The notes under the pieces were generated by a model. The model ran no database searches and had not been told where the DNA came from. It was given only the letters and a program-made list of their open reading frames with translations. Shown here piece after piece: positions 17,798-26,307 of a stretch of DNA of 64,000 nucleotides. A program made the position numbers and the translations under genes. This stretch comes from a virus (lineage: Duplodnaviria > Caudoviricetes): the IMG/VR virus record IMGVR_UViG_3300020349_000003; one strand, 5' to 3'. Within the stretch, counting starts at the first letter, position 1; each line of letters starts with the position of its first letter.

Positions 17798-18025
17798 CTA
17801 GTTTCTGTCTTCTCCTGCTAAGTGTTCTAATTCGGCAATCACTCTTGGATTTGTGTAATCAGTTCTATCATATGCTTTAATAACTCTTAAATCATTAAAA
17901 CAAAATCCACTACCTTTAAGGAAGTCTTGAACGTGGTCAACTACATCATCAATGTAGTTACCGTTGAAGGATTTGGTAGTTGTTACTCCTTCATCGTCAG
18001 TCGATTGCAAATAAAATGAGGGCAT
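17798..18025 (-). CDS. Hypothetical protein
   Basis: FLKGSGF motif; half-palindrome early promoter at 18047-18087. Confidence 0.6.
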   Translation of the reverse strand: MPSFYLQSTDDEGVTTTKSFNGNYIDDVVDHVQDFLKGSGFCFNDLRVIKAYDRTDYTNPRVIAELEHLAGEDRN

Positions 18026-18089
18026 CTGTCTATTGAATACTTTGCCAGTATAACAGATAGTTGCCCTCTTTGTCTATAGGTGTGACAGT

Positions 18090-19433
18090 TTATGTTTTGG
18101 TTATCTTAATATATCCGTTACCTGAATATCCTCCACCATCTTGTCCACTGTTACCACCTTGAGTATTTTGAGCAGAAGTTCCTGTATTGTATGAACCTCC
18201 TCCACCACCACAGTGACCATAACTACTCCATGAACCACCAGTACATCCTCCAGTCCATCCTCCAGCAGCACCAGGAGATGTTAAATTACCTCCTCCACCA
18301 CCACCAAATCCACCTCTATTACCTTGACCAGAACCTGTATAGCAATGGTCACCTCTTCCTCCTATCATTCCATTATTCCAACTTCTACCACCTTGAACAC
18401 CACCACAATGCCCAGAACCATCTTGACCATTAGTATTATAACCTCCTCCAGCACCACCAACGTGGGGACCACATCTACTACCACCATTTCCTGGTGATGG
18501 TTGACTTGGTTGACAATAGCAACTGGTACGTCCACCATATTCTCCAGATCTACCGTAAGCATGTGATGTTGGTCTTCCACATGACCACCCATAAGAACCA
18601 CCCATTGAACCACCACCACCTCCAGCAGAAATGATTAATTGATTAGCGGTTTTATTCTTAACAAATGAACCACCTCCACCACCTGCTTCATTTCTATGTG
18701 GTGAATAGTATTGATTACCACCCACACCTACAACTAATTCCAATTCTGTTTCTTTTGTTAGTGCAAACGTTCCTTTAATTTTAGCACCCCAGAAGTCATA
18801 CTGACCACCACCTAAATCTCGACCACCTCTAGCACCACCACATTCTATTTCGTAATTACCATCTTCAGGAACAGTCCATTGTTGATACCCTCTCTTAGTC
18901 CCTTGCTTCATGTAAGTACCATCATTCCAAGGTTCACCAGAATATGCGTTCTGTATTTGAGACTCAGTTGGTCCTTCATACTCACCTCTACTTACAATAG
19001 ATTTAAATGTATATGAAGTGAAATCAAATAATGAACCACCTCCACCAGCACCAAATGGTGTTATCCATCCCATTGTGCCAGGATCTTCCTCATTATCACC
19101 TGGTTCTCCAGGATCCCAATATATTTCTATTACACTACTATCAGTATTATATCCTACTCTACCATCAACCAAACCTGTAGTTGGTCTCGTATTATCATCC
19201 CATGTTGGAAGCACATCCATTGCTCTACCAACTGCCACCCATGAACTACCGTTCCAAACTATCAATTGTTCTAATGTCGAATCGTATATACAACAACCAG
19301 CATCCGAACCAGTTAATGATGTAGGTCTTTGAGCAGTAGTAAAAACTGGAAATCCGATTCCACCATCTCCTGTAACCATACTGGTTGCAGTTATGTTTAT
19401 TGAATTTACTCTAGCAGCACTAAATTGAGACAT
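18090..19433 (-). CDS. Glycine-rich tail fibre adhesin (polyglycine-II; ALK/LTK-like Gly-rich domain)
   Basis: TTAQRP-type N-terminal repeats; WTVPEDGNYEIECGGARGG...GAKIKGTFAL...GGGGGSFV; C-terminal GNGYIKIT. Confidence 0.75.
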   Translation of the reverse strand: MSQFSAARVNSINITATSMVTGDGGIGFPVFTTAQRPTSLTGSDAGCCIYDSTLEQLIVWNGSSWVAVGRAMDVLPTWDDNTRPTTGLVDGRVGYNTDSSVIEIYWDPGEPGDNEEDPGTMGWITPFGAGGGGSLFDFTSYTFKSIVSRGEYEGPTESQIQNAYSGEPWNDGTYMKQGTKRGYQQWTVPEDGNYEIECGGARGGRDLGGGQYDFWGAKIKGTFALTKETELELVVGVGGNQYYSPHRNEAGGGGGSFVKNKTANQLIISAGGGGGSMGGSYGWSCGRPTSHAYGRSGEYGGRTSCYCQPSQPSPGNGGSRCGPHVGGAGGGYNTNGQDGSGHCGGVQGGRSWNNGMIGGRGDHCYTGSGQGNRGGFGGGGGGNLTSPGAAGGWTGGCTGGSWSSYGHCGGGGGSYNTGTSAQNTQGGNSGQDGGGYSGNGYIKITKT

Positions 19434-19459
19434 GAGAAACTATTCCTTCTTATATGTAT

Positions 19460-20599
19460 TTATTGATCTGAAGTTAGTGTATTTGGAAATGCTCTACCTT
19501 GACCCCATATGATGCGAACACCACCTACACCACCATAGGAACCATACTGGTCATTAGAACCAGCACCACCACCGTAGTTACCACCTGGAACATCTTGGTC
19601 TTGGTTTACATTACCTTGACCAGAAGAACCCCCAGATCCACCAGTACCAGCACCACCATTACTGGTAGTATTTTGACCATTAGAACCTTGACCGTTGAGA
19701 CCTACGCCTCCTCCACCTCCACCATATCCTTCGGTGGAACCATATCCTCCACCTCCTCCACCACCTGCACCATCAGAACCTCTACCCCAACTTGCATTAT
19801 GGTGACCACCATATCCTCCGTTTCCAGAGTATCCACCAGCACCACCTCCACCACAAGATTGTCCTGTATCATTTAGACCGCTTCTATTACCATCTCCTCC
19901 ATTACCACCGAATCCTCCACCTTGCTGTGTTCCACCCGAACCACCGAATCCTCCACCTTGACCACCGTAACCTGGTCTATTAGCAGAACCATTTCTATCT
20001 CTACCAGTTCCACCTCCACCTCCACCATAAACAGTAGCAACGTCTATAAAATGTGAAGTACCACCATTACCAGCATAATTTCCTGAAGATGCTGGTGTTC
20101 CTTTTGCTCCTACTTGTACTTGATAACTCTGACCTGGTTCTACAGGTATAAGATTTGCCCATCCGAGACCAGCACCACCACCTGCACCTTGTTCATCTCT
20201 GGTAGAACCTCCACCACCACCAACACATACTACTGAAACTTCATATACATTTTCAGGACATGTCCAGTTTGATGTTCCAGCAGATGTATATGCTTGTTGA
20301 CCTACATCAGTTGTTTCACCAGAACCAGCACCTCCAGCACCTCCTACTGGGGGTTGTACTATTAATAACCAATCACTACCATCATATACTTCTACCCCTA
20401 ACTTAGTTTCATTAATTCTTATCATCCCCTTTTGAGGACTACTAGGTCTTTCCGCAGTAGTTCCTGAAGGTATGCAGATTTGTCCACCATCTCCAGTCTC
20501 CAACTTACCTTGAATATTAAGATGCGAAGTAGAATCCATCTGGATCTTCATGTGAGTCTGTTCGGCACCCAATAATTTATTGGCACGTACTATACTCAT
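19460..20599 (-). CDS. Glycine-rich tail fibre adhesin (gp38-like)
   Basis: IPSGTTAERP motif, VVCVGGGGG, polyglycine runs, GGVRIIWG. Confidence 0.75.
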   Translation of the reverse strand: MSIVRANKLLGAEQTHMKIQMDSTSHLNIQGKLETGDGGQICIPSGTTAERPSSPQKGMIRINETKLGVEVYDGSDWLLIVQPPVGGAGGAGSGETTDVGQQAYTSAGTSNWTCPENVYEVSVVCVGGGGGSTRDEQGAGGGAGLGWANLIPVEPGQSYQVQVGAKGTPASSGNYAGNGGTSHFIDVATVYGGGGGGTGRDRNGSANRPGYGGQGGGFGGSGGTQQGGGFGGNGGDGNRSGLNDTGQSCGGGGAGGYSGNGGYGGHHNASWGRGSDGAGGGGGGGYGSTEGYGGGGGGVGLNGQGSNGQNTTSNGGAGTGGSGGSSGQGNVNQDQDVPGGNYGGGAGSNDQYGSYGGVGGVRIIWGQGRAFPNTLTSDQ

Positions 20600-21102
20600 T
20601 ATTCTACCCCTTCAGGTTTTCCAGTCTCTGCATTATTAAGTCCAGTCTCAATTGGACCAGTAGCAGGTTCATTTTCATCAGTATGATCATCTATGGTCTT
20701 TGCTTTCGCCTCTGCTACTTTTGCTGCTTCTGCTTTTGCTACTGCCATAATTGCTTCATCATCCACCTCTCGTATCTCTTCATCATCTCTTTCTAATATT
20801 AAATTACCATCTTCATCTGTCTCTGCATCCCTCAATATATCTTCTTTAGTAGGTTTATCCTTTAAACCATGTCCAGTGAATCCAATTAAAGACTCTGTAT
20901 TAATATCATCTTTACTCTGCTCTACAACTACTCCTGATTCAACATCGGCAGGTGCTATGGTTGACTCCCCAATAACTTCAGTAAATTGCATAAGAAGATT
21001 TAACTTATATTCAACCGCTTTAGCTACTTGTGCCTCCAAATCTATAATCTTCCTATTTGCATCAGAAATAAGAGTTTTCATTTGTTCTACTGATCTTCCC
21101 AT
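20599..21102 (-). CDS. Acidic hypothetical protein in the fibre cluster
   Basis: 167 aa; TATAAATA late promoter upstream. Confidence 0.6.
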   Translation of the reverse strand: MGRSVEQMKTLISDANRKIIDLEAQVAKAVEYKLNLLMQFTEVIGESTIAPADVESGVVVEQSKDDINTESLIGFTGHGLKDKPTKEDILRDAETDEDGNLILERDDEEIREVDDEAIMAVAKAEAAKVAEAKAKTIDDHTDENEPATGPIETGLNNAETGKPEGVE

Positions 21103-21139
21103 TGTCTAATCCAATAACGGTTATCTCAAGTTATTTATA

Positions 21140-21430
21140 TCACCACTTCTTAATGGGACAAGTTGCATCAGGCATTTTACTTTTAGTTTTCATTATACAA
21201 AAACATTTATTGCACATATCATTAGCAATATCATAAGCATCACACTTATTACATATTGATAATCTTTCTGCTTGATGTTCAGGTCTCACAAACATAATGG
21301 GTTTACCAATTTCAGATAGAGTCCCATCTGCCCACTCCAATACTCTATCCGAATACCAAGTGGGCATAAAAGTTGGTGGGTTTGGAGTTGGTGGTGGTAA
21401 CTTAGAAAGATCTATACCGTCAAAATTCAT
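21140..21430 (-). CDS. Small Cys-rich protein (CxxC...CxxCxC...CPxxKW)
   Basis: RLSICNKC...MCNKCFCIMKTK...TCPIKKW. Confidence 0.7.
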   Translation of the reverse strand: MNFDGIDLSKLPPPTPNPPTFMPTWYSDRVLEWADGTLSEIGKPIMFVRPEHQAERLSICNKCDAYDIANDMCNKCFCIMKTKSKMPDATCPIKKW

Positions 21431-22725
21431 TACTTCTTAGTAATCTTAATGTATCCGTTACCTTGATATTGTCCACCAGTTGTTCCTGAATTACCACCTT
21501 GAGTATTATCAGAAGCAGTTCCACCATTATAGGAACCTCCACCACCTCCACAGTGACCATAACTAGACCAGTTACCACCAGTACATCCACCAGTCCAACC
21601 ACCTGCACCACCAGGACTTGTGAGGTTTCCACCTCCTCCTCCACCGAATCCACCAGAGTTACCTTGACCATTATTAGGAGAATAACAATGATCTCCTCTA
21701 CCACCTATCATTCCATTATTCCAACTTCTACCTCCCTGTACACCTCCGCAATGTCCAGAACCATCTTGACCATTCGTATTATATCCACCACCAGCACCAC
21801 CTACATGAGGACCACATCTACTACCACCGTTACCTGGTGATGGTTGACTTGGTTGGCAATAGCAACTATAACGACCACCGTACTCTCCAGATCTACCATA
21901 AGCATGACTTGTTGGTCTACCACAACTCCATCCATAACCACCACCCATTGAACCGCCAGCACCTCCAGCGATAATCATATGCTGGTTTGTAGTAGCGTTC
22001 TTAACAAATGAACCTCCACCTCCACCACATGAATTTCTATGAGGTGAATAGTATTGGTTACCACCAACACCAACAACCATTTCCAATTCTGTTTCTTTGG
22101 TTAATGCAAACGTTCCTTTAATCTTAGCACCCCAGAAGTCATATTGACCTCCACCCAAATCTCTACCACCTCTAGCACCACCACACTCTATCTCATAATT
22201 ACCATCTTCAGGCACAGTCCACTTTTGAAAACCTTGAGCAGCACCTTGCTTGAAAAATGTACCATCATTCCATGCTTCACTTCCATACTCACTCTGCATC
22301 TGAGCAAATGTTGGTCCATCATACTGACCTCTAGGTACAATAGACTTAAAAGTAAAACTATTAAATTCAAATAATGGACCACCAGCACCGTCAGCAGATG
22401 AACCAAATAATAACCAATCAGAACCATTAAAAATTTCTGCCTGTGATGTAGTGGTATTAAAACCAAACTGTGCAACTGAAGGAGATGATGGACGTGTCTC
22501 TGTTGTCCATGTTCGCATATTACCAGCACCCAAACTTAACCAAGACGTACCTTTCCAGACCTCAACATCAGTTCCAGTTGTGTTGTATATAACCGTTCCT
22601 GGTTCGGCACTAGCAGGTTTACCTGAATCCGCATAATTTGGTGCTTTAAGAGCACCGCCAGCAGACACAACTCCTGTTGCGTGTACATCCTGCCCATTAA
22701 TTGTGTCTACGTTTAAGGTACTCAT
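21430..22725 (-). CDS. Glycine-rich tail fibre adhesin, paralogue of 18090-19433
   Basis: C-terminal ~260 aa nearly identical to the 447-aa protein. Confidence 0.75.
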   Translation of the reverse strand: MSTLNVDTINGQDVHATGVVSAGGALKAPNYADSGKPASAEPGTVIYNTTGTDVEVWKGTSWLSLGAGNMRTWTTETRPSSPSVAQFGFNTTTSQAEIFNGSDWLLFGSSADGAGGPLFEFNSFTFKSIVPRGQYDGPTFAQMQSEYGSEAWNDGTFFKQGAAQGFQKWTVPEDGNYEIECGGARGGRDLGGGQYDFWGAKIKGTFALTKETELEMVVGVGGNQYYSPHRNSCGGGGGSFVKNATTNQHMIIAGGAGGSMGGGYGWSCGRPTSHAYGRSGEYGGRYSCYCQPSQPSPGNGGSRCGPHVGGAGGGYNTNGQDGSGHCGGVQGGRSWNNGMIGGRGDHCYSPNNGQGNSGGFGGGGGGNLTSPGGAGGWTGGCTGGNWSSYGHCGGGGGSYNGGTASDNTQGGNSGTTGGQYQGNGYIKITKK

Positions 22726-22760
22726 TCTTCAGTTTGCTCCTTTATATTGTTATTTATACG

Positions 22761-24788
22761 TTAGTACATCTTCTGTGTACCATTAACTTCTACTTCATAA
22801 TTAGAATCATATTCTGTGCTAAGATCTACACCAGTTGAAGGAAATGCTCTATCATTACCATCTATTTGACCATAGACAATCCTCACAACTCCATGTCCAC
22901 CCATACCATAGGAATCACCAGAGTTTCCTCCTCCACCTCCTCCACCAGGAAATCCTCCATCGGGACAAGTGTAATTATTATATGAGTTATATGATGGGTG
23001 GTATCTATTATATCCTGAACCTGTACCTGAGAATGTACTGTTACTAGATCTATTAGAATATCCTCTAAATCCAGTATTGTGTGCTGTAGAACCTCCCTTA
23101 CCACAAAAATCAGTGGTGTTATTAGGATATGAGTTTCCACCAGCACCACCTCTTGCACCATTAGAACCTTGTCCATATATACCAGTTCCACCTCCACCAT
23201 TGGAGTAGTTATTGGATGAACCATTGGCAGAAGAACCTCCTCCACCTCCACCTGCTTGACCTGCTTGTGAAGTACATCCACTATATGAAGGATTTCCTAC
23301 TCTACCTGAACCTCCTTGACCACCACCATTATATCCTCCAGCACCTCCACCTGCTTGACGACATCCACCATAATGTGATGATGCTCCTCCAGCACCTCCA
23401 CCATCTGAATTTGAAAAATTTCCACCAGGAATATTATGACATCCACTACTGTAATTACCTTTACCACCTGTTCCACCACCAGCATACGCATGGTTTGAAC
23501 CAGCAACTTGAACATAACTATTACCACCATTAGTTCCATAAGCACCCCAACCATTTGCCATTCCACCACCACCAACATAAACGTTGATACTATCACCAGC
23601 AGTTACAGATATATTATTTTTATATGCTAATGCACCTCCTCCAGCACCAGCACCATCATGGTTTGCTTCACCACCTCCTCCAGCACCAACAGAAATAACA
23701 TGTATCTTATCAACACCAGAAGGAACTTCCCATGTATATGCCTTAGTTGCATTTGGTCCATCAGCATGAAATATTGCTTCACCAACTGCACTACCAGCAC
23801 CAGCACCAAATGGATTATCCTCACTCGACGCAGTATTACCATAAGTAACAATTGGTCCAGGAGTTCTTACAGCAGTTGCTGGTGTAACAGCATTAAGACT
23901 TAACATCAAGAGTTCAACAGTTGCAGTTGAAGCACCTTGACTGGTTGTTGTTAATGCGGATATTGGTGTTGGTAATGGAGAAGGTTGTAGTGAACTATTT
24001 GTTACACGAAAATTGGAGATATTACCAGTAAATCCAGCACTACCTGATCTATTAGCACCAATTTTTAATTTATCTCCTTTAACCGCTTGATGAACACTAG
24101 TGAAAGTATGTGTTGCTACTGTACTACCATTAAGGTGCATTTTCCAGTAAGTACTGCCACCAGTAGTCCTAGAGTCAATTACAATATAATGCCAAGCACC
24201 ATCATTAATAGCGTTCCAACCACCAGAGTGAGTTAAATATGTTGTTGTACCCTCTTGAAAAATATAACTAGAACCACTTCTTCTAAGTGTATATTTACTA
24301 ACTGATCCACTATGTTGATAGAATTCAAATAGAGTAGTATCATTAAAACTACTACCAGTATCTTTTACAAATAATTCAATTGTCCAATTTTCTGATGATG
24401 CAAAGTTCCAACCACTACTAGGTCCAGGAACCTCTAAATAATCTCCACTACCATCAAAAGCAGCACTATATGATGCTGCTGCAGAACTTGTTGTACCTGC
24501 TCTTTCAGTAAATTCACCATAAGGATACCACTGATAACCATCGTAATACTCTACACCTATCTCATTTCCTTCTGCATTATTATCATTATTCCACCTCAAA
24601 TAACCTGCTTTAGGATTAGAAGGTCTTTGTGAAGTATTACCAACTGGTAACTGAAAAGCACCACTATTCTTACTTAAATCTACTACACCATCAATCTGTA
24701 AAGTATGACCAGCACTGATACTAACTTGACCAAGTGTTGTACCTATACCCGATAGATTCTGAACTGTCAATCTTGCTGCTTCAGTCAT
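22761..24788 (-). CDS. Tail fibre adhesin with LamG/concanavalin-like and Gly-rich domains
   Basis: LPVGNTSQRP; FDGSGDYL...WTIELFV...WHYIV...FTGNISNFRV; polyglycine C-terminus. Confidence 0.75.
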   Translation of the reverse strand: MTEAARLTVQNLSGIGTTLGQVSISAGHTLQIDGVVDLSKNSGAFQLPVGNTSQRPSNPKAGYLRWNNDNNAEGNEIGVEYYDGYQWYPYGEFTERAGTTSSAAASYSAAFDGSGDYLEVPGPSSGWNFASSENWTIELFVKDTGSSFNDTTLFEFYQHSGSVSKYTLRRSGSSYIFQEGTTTYLTHSGGWNAINDGAWHYIVIDSRTTGGSTYWKMHLNGSTVATHTFTSVHQAVKGDKLKIGANRSGSAGFTGNISNFRVTNSSLQPSPLPTPISALTTTSQGASTATVELLMLSLNAVTPATAVRTPGPIVTYGNTASSEDNPFGAGAGSAVGEAIFHADGPNATKAYTWEVPSGVDKIHVISVGAGGGGEANHDGAGAGGGALAYKNNISVTAGDSINVYVGGGGMANGWGAYGTNGGNSYVQVAGSNHAYAGGGTGGKGNYSSGCHNIPGGNFSNSDGGGAGGASSHYGGCRQAGGGAGGYNGGGQGGSGRVGNPSYSGCTSQAGQAGGGGGGSSANGSSNNYSNGGGGTGIYGQGSNGARGGAGGNSYPNNTTDFCGKGGSTAHNTGFRGYSNRSSNSTFSGTGSGYNRYHPSYNSYNNYTCPDGGFPGGGGGGGNSGDSYGMGGHGVVRIVYGQIDGNDRAFPSTGVDLSTEYDSNYEVEVNGTQKMY

Positions 24789-24819
24789 TTGATATTAAGT
24801 AATCTCTTTTATATTTATG

Positions 24820-25002
24820 TTACCACTTACCAAGAGGACATTTCATTCCAGGTATTCTAACCTTGACTTCCATTAGACATCCACACTGATCACATTGATG
24901 AGTATTTTTGAGGTATTTGTGAACTATAGGAAAATCTATAAAGTGTTCACATTCACCACATATCTCTAAACGATGTTTAATTTTATCTTGGAATTTACTC
25001 AT
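24820..25002 (-). CDS. Small Cys-rich protein (CxxC...CxxCxC...CPxxKW)
   Basis: RLEICGEC...QCDQCGCLMEVK...KCPLGKW. Confidence 0.7.
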   Translation of the reverse strand: MSKFQDKIKHRLEICGECEHFIDFPIVHKYLKNTHQCDQCGCLMEVKVRIPGMKCPLGKW

Positions 25003-25004
25003 AA

Positions 25005-25859
25005 TTAAGATTGATCGTACATATATCCACCAGGTGTATGTGTATAGAACCCTTGTCCACCATTAACACTACCATCAGTTGAATAACGTAATACTAAATT
25101 AGAACTAGCACTGGTACTGTTAGAGAAAGTATTCATTGTTATTTCATAAGGTTGGTGTGTACTAGAACTAGCAGCACCCCTAATTTGATCCCAACTACCT
25201 GTATAGGTACTACCAAACATACTTTCATATCTATATGGGTCACAACATGACTCACTTTGACCACTAACACCAGTAATCGCTAATCTTTTTCCAGAAAATA
25301 AATATCCAAACTTTTGAAAGGTCTCTACAAAATTTGTATTTAATGTTCTATTCCATGTTTGGTTAGCATTATTACCAGGAAAACTTGTTCCACTAATACT
25401 TCCCAGAGATCCAAGAGGAAATACTATCTTACTACCATTTTGAGTTGTCTGTTGTTGTGGAGTAATCATCTCTTGTCCTCCTGTTGCTGTTTGCACAAGA
25501 TGGGGAGTATCTGCTTGTGCCATACTATTCCACTCAGCAAGACTGGTAATAATTGGTTGTGATGCTTCTTCTTGACCAGATTCAGTATTAGCAGTAGCAG
25601 AACCTGGATTTATATATTGCCACCCACCTTTACCTGGACCTTTCCAATACTCTAATTGACCTGTCCATGTATTCATCCATAAAGATCCATATGTAGGATT
25701 GGATGGTCTTTCATTATCAGGACCACCTGGAATCGGTGCATATGATTGATTGTTTAATCTTAAGTCACCATGAATTTCTAAAAGAGTATCATCTTCTAAT
25801 TCTACTCTAAAATCGGGGGATTTGCCTTGTATGTCAGCAACATTAAGACGTCCTGGCAT
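25005..25859 (-). CDS. Tail fibre-associated protein
   Basis: IPGGPDNERP...LWMN...LEYW fibre motif; variable C-terminal domain. Confidence 0.6.
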   Translation of the reverse strand: MPGRLNVADIQGKSPDFRVELEDDTLLEIHGDLRLNNQSYAPIPGGPDNERPSNPTYGSLWMNTWTGQLEYWKGPGKGGWQYINPGSATANTESGQEEASQPIITSLAEWNSMAQADTPHLVQTATGGQEMITPQQQTTQNGSKIVFPLGSLGSISGTSFPGNNANQTWNRTLNTNFVETFQKFGYLFSGKRLAITGVSGQSESCCDPYRYESMFGSTYTGSWDQIRGAASSSTHQPYEITMNTFSNSTSASSNLVLRYSTDGSVNGGQGFYTHTPGGYMYDQS

Positions 25860-26282
25860 TTAGATAACACTCCATGCTGCATTACTTTCAATAGTTACTG
25901 TGTAACCAGAGTTAATAGTTACAGGACCACAAGTAAAACCATTAGTGTACTTAGCATCATTATTTGCTACTGGTCCTATTGTTAGGTTCTCTGCTATTGT
26001 TGGTGGGTTGCACCTAATAATACTATCCTCACCTAGAGAAGGACCACCACCAGCAACGGGTGCCCATCCAGCAGTACCATCACCAATATCATTAACATAT
26101 ATTTCTGCGTTATCTATCTCGCTGTTATACCTCATAGTACCAGCAGTAACACCAACAGGTCTCTGTGCTGTAGTACCAACAGGTAATTTGAATACACTAT
26201 TGGTATTCATAAATGATAACGTTGTTAGAATTGCTTCTGTTGTAGTGGAAATCTGATTTCCACTAATTCTTGAAATTGCCAT
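25860..26282 (-). CDS. Short tail fibre/tip protein
   Basis: LPVGTTAQRP...MRYN; C-terminal GPVTINSGYTVTI...WSVI. Confidence 0.65.
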   Translation of the reverse strand: MAISRISGNQISTTTEAILTTLSFMNTNSVFKLPVGTTAQRPVGVTAGTMRYNSEIDNAEIYVNDIGDGTAGWAPVAGGGPSLGEDSIIRCNPPTIAENLTIGPVANNDAKYTNGFTCGPVTINSGYTVTIESNAAWSVI

Positions 26283-26307
26283 AAGTTCCCCCTTATCCTG
26301 TTATTAT

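Noticed and set aside
4461-18090. Dispersed 22-bp palindromic repeats as a CRISPR array or att sites
   Set aside because: Spacing is irregular (0.3-2.7 kb), copies are degenerate, and each is tied to a -10 box; no cas or integrase gene is present
18090-22225. Duplicated adhesin ends as a DGR template/variable repeat pair
   Set aside because: Both copies are intact genes differing largely at synonymous sites, and no reverse transcriptase is present in the window
21420-23851. Val/Glu-rich and His-rich alternative-frame ORFs
   Set aside because: Artefacts of GGT/GGA glycine codon runs read in other frames
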